Notes: generated from the sequence alone by a model not told the origin. A stretch of 61,746 bases of DNA, filler included, from Globobulimina sp. (GCA_003354225.1; 19 parts of 19 records of this genome joined end to end with filler, not necessarily neighbours in it), one strand, 5' to 3'; positions 34,146 to 45,487 are shown, counted from the first letter of the whole stretch. A program made the numbers and translations.

Positions 34146-35504
34146 ATGGCAAGAAACAAGCAATTTCAAAAGATCAAAACTGAAGTAATATATACAGAAC
34201 ATGCGAGAAGATTGGATTCTGTGTTTGAGCGTTCTATTGGAAGAACCAGGGAAATACTGACAGAATTGACGTTGTTACGAGAACTTCAAAACAATGATAA
34301 TATTATACATTTACATAATGTACGAATTATGTTCTCACAGCGTGACCGTTATAATTGTTGCTTAAACAATTTCGAATCATTAGAATTGACATTTATATCG
34401 TCAAATTATTATTTATCCGACTTATTGTCATCAAATCAGTATTTTAATAACTTTAATATTAAATATATTTTATTTCAAATTGTTAAAACAATTCAATATA
34501 TTCATTCGTTACAAATTATTCATAGAAACTTAGCGCCACATAATATATTAATTGATCGTTATTCTTTCATTCAATTGTCTGATTTTGGAAAAGCTGTCAG
34601 ATTCAATGAGTCTTTTCCTTTCAACAATAGTTCAGATTTAATGCGTTACACTCTACGCAATCATATGGGCTGCGATCATTGGTATTGTTCCCCAGAGCAG
34701 TTGTTGCAATCGCATCTTTTTGAAGGCACAAAAATTGAGCAATCAATGCAGTTATCCTATATGGCGCCAGAATTGCTGCTATCCATTGATAATTTATATA
34801 AATCACACTCGGAATATACATCTCCGGCATTAGATATTTGGTCCATTGGCGCTATATTTGCGGAATTATTACAAATGAAAAAAGACATACAATCTGATTA
34901 TCGTCGCAGAGGACCATTGTTTGCCACCAATTGTGATTCATTCGATACATATGCATCAATAACGGCATTTATTGGAAATTCGAATAAGGCAAAATTGAAT
35001 GTAAATGCGTTGAAAAAATCAAAACTAAAAAATATTTATAAGATGTGTGGTGCGTATGATATTGAGATTGATTTATTAAATAAAATATTAGTTTTTGATA
35101 TGCATAAAAGAGTCACTATTAATGCGTTGATTGGACATTCATTTTTTGATGATGTGAGACATTGCTTTGATGATTTAGTTGCAGATAGTGATAATAAGGA
35201 ATACTTAAATTGGAATAATCAATTCAGCAAAGTAAAGACATGCAGAGAATTGATATTGGAACAAGTATTATATTATAATGAAGAGGATAGAATTAGATTG
35301 TTGCAAGAAATGCCATTTATGAAAAGTGTAGCAATGATTGATGCTTATTGTTTTTGTTATGTTCCTCATCTGTTTATTATTCATGGCATCAAACAAATAA
35401 TTCATTTGTATTTATATCAGAAAAGAAGCAAATATATCAAACGAAAGCCACGAAAGCCAAAACGCAAGCTTTTTAAAAGGCCACCAATGTTTTTTGCAGA
35501 ATAA
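34146..35504 (+). CDS. MAPK-like (CMGC) pseudokinase
   Basis: REILTELTLLREL, IKYILFQI..YIHS, HRNLAPHNILI (catalytic D to N), LSDFG, LDIWSIGAIFAELL; no Gly-rich loop or VAIK lysine. Confidence 0.75.
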   Translation: MARNKQFQKIKTEVIYTEHARRLDSVFERSIGRTREILTELTLLRELQNNDNIIHLHNVRIMFSQRDRYNCCLNNFESLELTFISSNYYLSDLLSSNQYFNNFNIKYILFQIVKTIQYIHSLQIIHRNLAPHNILIDRYSFIQLSDFGKAVRFNESFPFNNSSDLMRYTLRNHMGCDHWYCSPEQLLQSHLFEGTKIEQSMQLSYMAPELLLSIDNLYKSHSEYTSPALDIWSIGAIFAELLQMKKDIQSDYRRRGPLFATNCDSFDTYASITAFIGNSNKAKLNVNALKKSKLKNIYKMCGAYDIEIDLLNKILVFDMHKRVTINALIGHSFFDDVRHCFDDLVADSDNKEYLNWNNQFSKVKTCRELILEQVLYYNEEDRIRLLQEMPFMKSVAMIDAYCFCYVPHLFIIHGIKQIIHLYLYQKRSKYIKRKPRKPKRKLFKRPPMFFAE

Positions 35505-35827
35505 TCTGATTTATTTGTGTAGTGAGTGATTCGGTCGCTTTGTCAGACCTTTTGTTAATTATAAGTTTGTTTTTATTTTGTGTGTTGAACTACCCCTGGT
35601 TCAGTTACACTTCTTATACAGAAACGGTTTGCTAAAGATTTGTGTTGCATGAGTTTGTTATGTGTTTGCTATAACTTTGTCTTGTGTTTGCAAATCCAGA
35701 GCAAAGTCAACTTGCTGTTCAGTTGGTNNNNNNNNNNNNNNNNNNNNNNNNNNNNNNNNNNNNNNNNNNNNTTAATTAATTAANNNNNNNNNNNNNNNNN
35801 NNNNNNNNNNNNNNNNNNNNNNNNNNN

Positions 35828-35959
35828 TTTCATATTCAAAAAGCATTAGAAATATATCTTGAAGAACAGGCTGACTTACAAATCGCTTTAGATAGGCTAC
35901 ATGACACTTCAGATCCCATTATTTCACTCGATGAAATGAGAGATAGGCTTAATGTTTAA
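35828..35959 (+). CDS. Type II antitoxin (RHH/RelB-like), 5' partial
   Basis: FHIQKALEIYLEEQADLQIALDRLHDTSDPIISLDEMRDRLNV*; its end overlaps the start of the downstream toxin gene by 8 nt. Confidence 0.75.
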   Translation, partial: FHIQKALEIYLEEQADLQIALDRLHDTSDPIISLDEMRDRLNV

Positions 35960-36202
35960 AATTTCATTTAAGAAGTCTGTAACAAAAGATTTAAAGAAGA
36001 TCAGTAAGGATCAAGTTATAAAATTTTAGATAAAATTGAAACCAATTTATCCACATCTCAAGAACAATTTCCAGAATTGAAAGGATAGTTTGCTGGATTA
36101 CGGAAATATCGGGTTGGTAACAATCGAATCATTTTTGCCATCCTTGAAGGTAATACTGTCCTAATCACCAGAGTAAAACATCGTAAAGAGTCTTGCAAGT
36201 AG
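35952..36202 (+). pseudogene. relE: RelE/ParE-family toxin pseudogene
   Basis: MFKISFKKSVTKDLKKISKDQV, frameshift near 36018, KILDKIE..LKG*FAGLRKYRVGNNRIIF..TRVKHRKE; in-frame TAG at 36086-36088. Confidence 0.85.
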
Positions 36203-36498
36203 CTCGACCGAGGCTCAAGTTTGAAGTGCGACAAATACTATGAGAGCTTTGTGAGAATGAGCCACACCTTTGATTTTAACATTATGGATAATTTTTTTCA
36301 GGTTCTTAACGCAATCAAAGACTTTTTTAAACATATTCGACTGATAATCAGCCAAATATTGCCTCAAATTGAAGTCAGGCACCTGGTTATTGACCACCAG
36401 GCGCAACTAATTACGCAGTAGCTACCTACAAGATCCTTGACCGGGTGATGTTTACGCAATAAACATCTACTAGGTTTCCCTGCAAAGTAAAATAAAAA

Positions 36499-36531
36499 CT
36501 CAGTGCCCTCAGTGCTCTCTGTGGTTAAAAT
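36499..36531 (+). repeat. Short CTC(A/T)GTG..CTGTGGT REP-like element; related copies at 38164-38188 and 38260-38287
   Basis: CCCTCAGTGCTCTCTGTGGTTAAAAT vs CCCTCTGTGCCCCCTGTGGTAAAAT, same orientation, on either side of the ATPase gene. Confidence 0.7.
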
Positions 36532-36573
36532 ATAAAGAGAACACAATAAAGACAGATCTTAAACTTGATATTA

Positions 36574-36669
36574 AAACATACCCATAAAATAATAATCATA
36601 CTATCTAAACACACCCATAAAATAATAATCATACTATCTAAACACACCCATAAAATAATAATACTATCT
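36574..36669 (+). repeat. 33-bp tandem repeat, 3 copies (third has a 3-nt deletion), upstream of the ATPase gene
   Basis: Unit AAACACACCCATAAAATAATAATCATACTATCT at 36574-36606 (one mismatch), 36607-36639, 36640-36669. Confidence 0.95.
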
Positions 36670-36738
36670 TGTCTTATGAGATATTTTTATGATACAAAAC
36701 AGATAAGGGCATAAAAATAAGAGTGTGATCCAAAGAAA

Positions 36739-38139
36739 ATGTACAGACAACAATTAAAATTCATTAAAAACTGGTTGAGTGATGATAAGCGTAAACCACT
36801 TATAATTCGTGGTGCCCGTCAGGTTGGTAAATCTACCTTAGTAGAATTGTTTGCAAAGAAATATAATAAAAAATTGATCAATGTAAATTTGGAACGTTAT
36901 CCTGAGCTATCTGAGATATTTGTTACCAAAGATCCTGACCAGATTATTCAGCAGATTGAATTTTTACCGAAAATGGGAACTATCAACAAAGAGTCGCTCT
37001 TATTCCTTGATGAAATTCAAGCCACTCCAGAAGCTATTCCAGCGCTGCGGTATTTTTATGAAGATAAACCCGAACTCGCTGTTGTTAGTGCCGGCTCTCT
37101 ATTAGAATTTGTTTTGTCTGATCATACTTTTTCCATGCCTGTTGGGCGAATACAATATTTACATATGGGACCAATGACCTTTACTGAATTTCTCAGCGCG
37201 GTAGATGAAGAAAAACTGAAGACATTTATAATGCAATACGAACCGGGCCAACAGGTCGGTGAAGTACTGCACAAAAGGCTGTTGAGTTTATTACGCTCTT
37301 ATTATTATGTTGGGGGAATGCCGGAGGCCATCTCCGTTTTTGCCAAGACTCGCAGTTATAAGGATGTGAGTAATGTTCATAACTCCATTATCGAAACCTA
37401 TCAAGAAGATTTCCCGAAATATATTGGTTCAAGAAATTTGAACCGTATGCGTAATGTATTTAATTTTGTGGCAAGAAATGTGGGGAAAAAAATAAAATAC
37501 AGTAATATTTCATCTCAAGATCAAAGTGCCACAATAAAAAAAGACCTTGAGTTGATGTCCATGGCTCGCATTATCGGGAAAGTAACTCATAGCCATTGTT
37601 CCGGACTGCCATTGCAGGCTGATATTGAAGAAAAAATATATAAAGCCCTATTTCTTGATGTGGGTTTGATGAATGCGGTATGCGGTTTGAACTGGCGTGT
37701 TATTTCCCAAATGGATGATATAAGATTGATTAATGAAGGTGTAATTGCTGAGCAGTTTATAGGACAACATTTACAAACGCTGATTTCGGACACACCAAAC
37801 CGTGAATTGACTTATTGGTTGCGAGAAGGTCGATCCGCCAACGCTGAACTGGATTTTGTTATGGGAATAGACGGTAGTATAATTCCCATAGAAGTAAAAG
37901 CGGGTGCAACAGGAAAACTGAAATCCTTGCACCAGTTTATGGGAACTAAAAAAGCACCTCTTGCTGTTCGATTCGATGCGTCCCTACCGTCAATCCACCA
38001 AATAAACACGACGATTACCATTGACAAAGTACGTAAAAATGTTAGCTATCCTTTAATTTCATTGCCTTTGTATTTAATTGAACGTTTAGAAGAAATTGTA
38101 ACATCCAGGAAACAACTCAATTTGCCCGACATTATTTGA
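36739..38139 (+). CDS. Bacterial AAA_14-type ATPase with C-terminal DUF4143 / PD-(D/E)XK-like domain
   Basis: Walker A GARQVGKS, Walker B LLFLDEIQ, SAGSLL, GGMPEA, FLDVGL, ELDFV..IPIEVKAG. Confidence 0.9.
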   Translation: MYRQQLKFIKNWLSDDKRKPLIIRGARQVGKSTLVELFAKKYNKKLINVNLERYPELSEIFVTKDPDQIIQQIEFLPKMGTINKESLLFLDEIQATPEAIPALRYFYEDKPELAVVSAGSLLEFVLSDHTFSMPVGRIQYLHMGPMTFTEFLSAVDEEKLKTFIMQYEPGQQVGEVLHKRLLSLLRSYYYVGGMPEAISVFAKTRSYKDVSNVHNSIIETYQEDFPKYIGSRNLNRMRNVFNFVARNVGKKIKYSNISSQDQSATIKKDLELMSMARIIGKVTHSHCSGLPLQADIEEKIYKALFLDVGLMNAVCGLNWRVISQMDDIRLINEGVIAEQFIGQHLQTLISDTPNRELTYWLREGRSANAELDFVMGIDGSIIPIEVKAGATGKLKSLHQFMGTKKAPLAVRFDASLPSIHQINTTITIDKVRKNVSYPLISLPLYLIERLEEIVTSRKQLNLPDII

Positions 38140-38559
38140 TCGAACTCATCGATAACAATATTACCCTCTGTGCCCCCTGTGGTAAAATAAATAAAAACTG
38201 GCAACCATCCCTTTATCCCTTTGGTCGAAGGATATTTATGTAATAAATACCAACAAGACCCTTAGTGCCGCCGTGCCTTTGTGAGAGAATAAATTAGAAT
38301 TTTATATAGGTATGCAAAAAACACTTTCAAAATCCGGCCTTTATTTTAAGAGATATTTAAACATACCATTCTATCTGGTTGTTAAAAAACTATAGAGATA
38401 CAGATGTTTTTGAAAACAATAGTTATGTTATCTCTGCAGCCATGTTTTTAAGCCTGACAGGATAAAAGAGGGTGTTATTCAAAGGTTTTATGTTTTTGAC
38501 AAACAATTATTGTAGGAGTATAGTCTAATAATTGAACACAAAATTAGGAATGTACTCAA

Positions 38560-38981
38560 ATGATGAATAGCTTTATCTCAACATATAAACGTCTTCTTGG
38601 AAGCATTAAATATAAATATCATCGATATATTTATAACGAATTTAATATAGAAAATCGTTTAACAGGCTTAATTGGCCCAAGAGGAACAGGAAAGACAACA
38701 TTACTATTACAGTTTATAAATGAAAAAATTTTAAATAAAGATGAATGTATATATGTGTCAGTTGACCATCTGTATTTTTCAAAACATATTTTAATAGATT
38801 TTGTAAATGAATTATATGATGACTATGGCGTAAGGTTTTTCTTTTTTGATGAAATACACAAATATCAAAATTGGAATCAGGAACTCAAAAATATTTACGA
38901 TTCATATCCGGATATAAAAGTTGTTTTTTCCGGAAGCTCAAGCATAGATTTAATAAAAGGGACATATGATTTATCCAGAAG
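38560..38981 (+). CDS. Second bacterial AAA_14-type ATPase (different subfamily), 3' truncated
   Basis: Walker A GPRGTGKTT, Walker B FFFDEIHKY, VFSGSS, DLSR. Confidence 0.88.
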
Positions 38982-39081
38982 NNNNNNNNNNNNNNNNNNN
39001 NNNNNNNNNNNNNNNNNNNNNNNNNTTAATTAATTAANNNNNNNNNNNNNNNNNNNNNNNNNNNNNNNNNNNNNNNNNNNN

Positions 39082-39884
39082 ATTCGCGTCGATGGTCTTG
39101 ATACGATGTTGCATTTCTCCTTCATAATGCAATACAATATTTAATTCTGCCCATTTGTGTGGAATATCCGGAGGTGTTTTCATTGGATTATCCATTATAA
39201 TATATCTTAAATCCCCGCCCTTTTCCGGCTTTGATATCATATAAATACAAGAAAATGGAGATTCATCAAAATGCCATGAAAACCAATCATTTGGTTGGCC
39301 ATAAAAGCCATACACGGAACCTGCTTCGTCTGTGGATTGGTATAATTGCGTCGAATTTATAATCGTTTTCCAAAATGCAAGCAATGGCTGGTAATCATAT
39401 AGCGAAATTATATGTGATTGTACACCATTTTCTGCCATGTATTGTTTAATATGTATTCCTGATACAAATTCCATTGAATTCTCCAACATAAACTAATTGC
39501 AATATCATTTGAGAGGATATATTTAATTTTTATATATTTATGACATATACGTACATTTCTTGGCGATGCCTGGTCGAAATTGATAAAATCTCCTTTGTCT
39601 TGAAACACTGTTCTGGTGGTTTTGCGTGGAATGTGTTGCACTGTTTGCAATTCCGTTGCTATCAAATCTTTTATATTTGGTTGTAGAAATCCACGAATTA
39701 TAAAAGTGCCATCATCTTTTAAATCGCGGGATGCTTTGGCCATTATTGATTGTATATTCTCAGATTGTAAAGCAGCTATGTCATAATTCAACCACGTCGA
39801 AACATCATCTGCATTGAATAAAGCATAGTTTGCATGCAGTAAAGCCATAAAAATAAGCAAAACGCGTGGTATGACGGTAACCAT
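39082..39884 (-). CDS. Signal-peptide-bearing 2OG-Fe(II) oxygenase (ArpA/BesD-hydroxylase-like); intron 39493-39554; 3' truncated
   Basis: Hydrophobic leader VLLIFMALLHANYA; LYQSTDEAG..WFSWHFDESPFSCIYMISKPEKGGDLRY (HxD); 62-nt GT-AG intron joins the ORFs in frame. Confidence 0.7.
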
Positions 39885-39985
39885 GGTCGCTGATTACAAA
39901 TTTTAAATCCTGAAGTATTTCTAGCTACATCTTTTCCACAAAAACGATAGTGCAGTTCGTTGCATGTCAACTACATTTTGCCGCA

Positions 39986-41425
39986 ATGAACAACACAAAG
40001 ACTTGTTGCGATAAAATACCATTGCAACCCATCCAATCATTATTCTCTCCCACACCATCCCAAATTGCAAATTCTGTGCCATCATCATACAATTCATACA
40101 CATTAGGAACAATTTCAAATAACGTTGAAGCACAAACATTCGACTGGTTCGATTTCCCCGATGAAGAAAAACAGTACACACCGCACGAGATTAATGATAG
40201 TATAATGGCTGAAATTGACCAAGAATTACACGAATTCGAATGGAACACAAGTGATAGAACACAAAACAACACTGAAATAACCCCAAAAGCACACAAAAAA
40301 AACAAACGGAAAAAACCCAAAAAAAAGAACAAGCAAAGCCTGTCTGAGTCGATCGGGTACGATCCAAATAAAGCATTGCGAGCAAAAGGAAACATAAAAA
40401 TTTCCAAAGAAATGACTGAACAAATCATCCCGTTACGAATCAAACAAAACATCGGCAATATCTACCATTGGATGGACAAATGGAGCGCTTTGGATGTAGG
40501 CAATGAATATTTGGACGGCAAAATTCGAATTTTCAACTACGATTTCAATGATAAAGTAACAGACAAAATATTGTATTGTGTTGCTGAGAAACAAGATCTA
40601 TTTTGCCGGTCCTCGAGAGGCTATCAGTGGATTATGAGGAACATATTATTTACAATCGACGATATTGAAAACTATTATAAAATTAGTATCGACCAATTGC
40701 CACAATCTCCGAGATTAAGATTAAAAGAATCAACATATAAATGTACAAAACAGATTGATACAAATACAGTGAAACAGATGTTTTTAAAACGAGATTTGAA
40801 TAAGACGCACTGGCACAAATTGGGCGTTTATGGCAGAAGAAATAATAAACACCGAATGGTTTTATATTTGAGCAAACCAGAATTTATCCAAAAAGTGCGC
40901 CTTTTTATGGATTGTGCGAAAAACGTGAAGTTAATTCCAATTATGATGTTCAATGCAAATAATAATGATTGTTGGCGTGAATTTGTTTGGATTGTACGGA
41001 TTGGCAAAGATATTGATGTTGGGATAGGATTTAAATATTATTCAAAAGAACAAGGATATGAATTAAAAGTAAGTGGGATCCATTTGGATAAGGAATACAT
41101 TCAAAGCCAGCACGAATTAGTATCAGTTGAACATTCTAATTGTGATTGTTTGGATGGATTTGAATCAAATATAAATGATTTGGCCATTGGGAATCCCGAC
41201 GATGAGAAAAACAGAAAGAAATATTATAAGCAATTGTCAGAGAAACAGACTGTTGAATTGTTGCAATATAGGGCACAGATTCAAGCATTGCAGAAGGAAT
41301 TGGCTGACAAAGAAAAGATAATTAGCAGTTTAACTGTGGCACATAAGAAATATTTTTGTTTGCCAAATAAGCAGTTGTTGCAAAGCAATTATTATAAAAA
41401 AGATAATTTAAAAGCGATTTTTTGA
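39986..41425 (+). CDS. Hypothetical protein with basic patch and C-terminal coiled coil
   Basis: Intronless ORF of about 480 aa; no confident domain. Confidence 0.65.
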   Translation: MNNTKTCCDKIPLQPIQSLFSPTPSQIANSVPSSYNSYTLGTISNNVEAQTFDWFDFPDEEKQYTPHEINDSIMAEIDQELHEFEWNTSDRTQNNTEITPKAHKKNKRKKPKKKNKQSLSESIGYDPNKALRAKGNIKISKEMTEQIIPLRIKQNIGNIYHWMDKWSALDVGNEYLDGKIRIFNYDFNDKVTDKILYCVAEKQDLFCRSSRGYQWIMRNILFTIDDIENYYKISIDQLPQSPRLRLKESTYKCTKQIDTNTVKQMFLKRDLNKTHWHKLGVYGRRNNKHRMVLYLSKPEFIQKVRLFMDCAKNVKLIPIMMFNANNNDCWREFVWIVRIGKDIDVGIGFKYYSKEQGYELKVSGIHLDKEYIQSQHELVSVEHSNCDCLDGFESNINDLAIGNPDDEKNRKKYYKQLSEKQTVELLQYRAQIQALQKELADKEKIISSLTVAHKKYFCLPNKQLLQSNYYKKDNLKAIF

Positions 41426-41660
41426 GTGAATACATTGTTGTGTGATAATATATATATTATATTTTGTGTGATTGATTGAAATGCGTTATGATAAATATAT
41501 TTGTCAATGATGCATGGCAATCTTTGATAAATATTTTTTTTTCTTTAAATATTATTATACAGACCGCTAAATAATTATATCTAAATTATTTAGTATTCTT
41601 AATTGCCAAATCTAAGAGGAAAAAACTGTAAATTTGGAAAAACTTTGTTTAGTGCTCATC

Positions 41661-42234
41661 ATGCGTCTCATAATTGTAACAAGTCTCTTACAATTAGCTC
41701 TCATTCTTAATTATTCCACATCGGGATCCCACTCCTTCAAGACTCAAATCGACGTTTCAAACACATTCAAAACATCCTCTGAATTTCAAACATATCACAG
41801 ACTCAGAGCGTCAAATGCAACATCAAGCTCTGTCGAACCATTATCAGAGTTTGATCTATTTTACATTGTGTATAATGTATTTGAGACACAAACAATTTCC
41901 AATACAAGTATCACAAACGAGTTGATTCGACCGTCTTCAGTCACTATGATGGATACAAAAAAGTATGTAATTACACATTTTGTTTATTTAACAATTAATC
42001 GCCAAAGAAATAGATGACTTTGTTATACTTTTTTAATATATAAATGCGACAGAACGAAAAAATCTGTTTCTAATTATCTGTCTGGATACTCATTGTCAGC
42101 GACAAATAACTTTCCAAAAACATCTAAAAACAGTTATTTGGAATGCAATCAAAAGGAACAAAGTTATGTTTCGAAGCATATCAATTTACAATGTTTGCTT
42201 GATTTAATTACTATCATCGCGGTGCTTTTTGTCG
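41661..42234 (+). CDS. Putative secreted/membrane protein, partial, probably spliced near 41963-42016
   Basis: Hydrophobic leader MRLIIVTSLLQLALILNYS; GTATGT..AATAG intron-like segment. Confidence 0.4.
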
Positions 42235-42520
42235 NNNNNNNNNNNNNNNNNNNNNNNNNNNNNNNNNNNNNNNNNNNNTTAATTAATTAANNNNNNNNNN
42301 NNNNNNNNNNNNNNNNNNNNNNNNNNNNNNNNNNATGGTCCATGTTTTCAATGGTAAATTTATTCCAAATTGGAAACTCTAATGCTTTTAATTTGCGTTG
42401 AAATGATCGAGATGTCATTTTTTTTGCAAATGTTTCAATCTGTTATCCTTGCACAAGTTACACTGGCATTGGAAATAAGAGCATAAAAAAAACAAAAACT
42501 CAGTCCAGTGCAAGCTAAAG

Positions 42521-45487
42521 ATGTTTTACTTTGTGATCATGGTGTTGTTATTTGGCATTTTGTTATTTTTATTTCCTAAAATATTGCAGTTGATATTAAC
42601 ACAATGGGCTGTTAAAATTGTATTCAATCATTACGTGTTATCTTTTAAATGGAGCGGATATTTGTATTTCAAAATTAAATTTCTATCATGGAATCGCATT
42701 CAATTAATATTGGTATTGACTAATTTACATTTAATTGTTCATGAACAAATTGATAAAACTAAAAATAAAACAATACGAAAAAAAGCACACCACAAATCAA
42801 CAAAATTTAAATCTATTCTGAGGAACAAAACATTTTGGAAATGGATTGAATGTTTTTGCATTGAATTACAAAATATATCATTTGAATTCAATATTTCCCC
42901 AAATAAATCCATTAAACTTCAATCCATGAATTTTACATTAAATAATATGTATAACCACAATAATAACAATGCGCAATCAATAATACTCCAATCATCCTCA
43001 TTTAAATTACTATTCATAGACAATAATAAAACTAACAAATTCATTGAGTTGTACGCACTGAGAATCCATACAATAATAAATATAAATTCATTTATAATTA
43101 AATGCATAAATATAAAATGGAAAGGAATCAAGTTATATTTTAATGAGCACGCTGTCCAATTTATATTCACTTTCATTCAAAACAAAAACAAAAATGAAAA
43201 CAAACAAAACCAGACACAAATCAGTGATAAATTAGCATTGATACCGGTTTATATATCCATTGATATCCAATGTATTGAAATAGAAATAAATCACAACCAT
43301 CAATTGTTACAATTTGGTCTCAAATCATTACAAACGAAATTATTTTATCATAGCACAAAACTTTCATGCATCCACATTCAAAATTCATTAGTATTATTTT
43401 GTCAAATAAACAAAAGAAATATTATTAACATTCAATGTCAATTAAATGCAAAATTAATATTAAACAGTAACAATAATAATATATCCATCAATATAATCAA
43501 ATCATCCTTCAACATAAACTCACAATTATTACAATGGATTCTTTATGCTATCGAGTTCAAACAATTTATAAACACAAATATAACAAAAAACAGCACAGAC
43601 AAACAAACGCCACACAAATCCGTTGATTTCCCACATTCATTCATCCAGAAACTAAACACATTGAACGCAATCATTAAATTTACAATACATAATTCCGTGT
43701 TTAATATCTGTGAGAAATGCATACTCTCAATGCACGCATTTGAAATAATATGCATTGCAGCACTGGACTCGACGCATTTTATTATGTCATTAGATTCAAT
43801 GTCATTCAGTTTGGGACATTACATCACCAGAAATATGTCACGCATTGAAAAGCTGCAACTGAATATTGTCATATTTGAGTCAATGGATATTATTGCTGTC
43901 GATATGGATATAAATCAGATCTCAATTGGCATCAATCACGAATATATATCCACGGCAACGGAGTTACTGCAGCAATATGCACCGTTGTTGCTGTCATTGA
44001 AACACAAATTGTCTCGGAATAAAAGCAAAAACGCGCCACATAATATGCATAATAACGAATATAAATGCATTGGACACATACGCTGTGACACATTGATATT
44101 ATTTTCATGTTTCTCTGCCGATAATGATGATATAACCATACGTTTACAACTGAATCAACTGCAAATTTTGCACAATTTATACAAAGAGTACGAGGAAGAA
44201 GAGTTGCGAAGCTATGATGATATAAAATATATTCCAACCACACCCACAAAATACCAATGGATTGTTGCTTTCCATTCATTTGAAACTGTAACAAATTCCC
44301 ACGTACATAAACCTACAAAAACACACAGAAAGTTACACAAAACGCAGCCTTTAGTCAGGATTATGCACTCTAACCTGGAGCAGTACAGTTACGTTGAAAA
44401 GCAACCGATTCGCAATATATGCATCGGCGATATTGTAATTCAATGGAATATGGGCCATCATTTATCCATTTCGAAGTTGCTCCACTTATTTCTGATCAAT
44501 GTACAACAATTCAAGCGTAAATCAGCGCAATTTATAACTGAATCTAAATCTGAACCGGTGCTGCGCCACTTTGATGATACTGCAATCCCAACATTATTGG
44601 CCACCAATTCTATTGATATTGGCATGAAATTTGACCACAAATCAAATGCTGGAACGTTGCATATTTATATTGAACAAATTGAACGACCCTCATATTTGAC
44701 AGTGTATAGAGACCGATTCGAAGCATTAGATATTGACATATTTTCCTCGTCGATTATGCTCAAACGAGAGCGCAATGTTTTCCTTCCGTATATTTTACAT
44801 TGTGATGAGTTGCTGCATGAGGCATATATCGAATGTTATAAACATTATTATAACAAACCAAATGAGGAAATATTGAGTCAAACCGCTCCGAAAATTAAGT
44901 CACCGCAACGTTCGTATTTCCAGACCAAACGACAAAAATCACAGCACCGGAACGACGAAGCGATGTTAAGTTTAAATTTCCATTCCATGCAAGACGACGA
45001 TTGGAACACATTTATATTGAAACATGGTGCTTTTGGCGTGGGTAATGTTGAGAATTTAATTCAATTCGATACACTCAAAATATTCCATTCGGGTCAAGCG
45101 GATAATATGTATTCCGATACAAAGCAAGATATCGATTTTGAGGATGACATTCAGAGAGAATATTATCACAAAAATATATATCAACCAAACTTAAACTTAG
45201 CTTTTGGAGTATTTGTGTTTAAGCTGCCAAATAATTTGTACTTTGGTGATATTTTGTTAAGGAATATTTTGCAACGATGGAAAGCGTGGAAGTTTTGGTT
45301 CCGATATATTTTACGCGGATTACCGCAGAAATTATACCATGTTCCGATTACTTTGGACTTTGCAAATGTTGTTATTACAGCAAATCAGTTCCAATGCGAA
45401 TTCAAAGACAATCCAAATAATGTCAAAGAACTAATCAATACATTTATGGATGGCGACGATAACGATATTGCTATGGATGACAAATTT
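42521..45487 (+). CDS. Large protein with N-terminal TM anchor and beta-strand-rich repeats (possibly bridge-like lipid transfer protein, BLTP2/FMP27-like); 3' truncated
   Basis: About 990 aa open to the contig end; N-terminal hydrophobic helix then alternating-hydrophobic strands; family assignment is tentative. Confidence 0.45.

Noticed and set aside
36086-36088. In-frame TAG in relE as stop-codon recoding
   Set aside because: The same gene also has a frameshift and ends in TAG, so decay is the simpler explanation
36215-36546. Short overlapping ORFs between the TA pair and the ATPase
   Set aside because: No recognisable domain or clear RBS; at most a degraded gene remnant
36574-36669. 33-bp repeats as a CRISPR array
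   Set aside because: Units are directly adjacent with no spacers, are not palindromic, and no cas gene is on the contig
40440-41160. Possible remote DUF3825-like domain in ORF 39986-41425
   Set aside because: Only a vague pattern resemblance; needs a profile search
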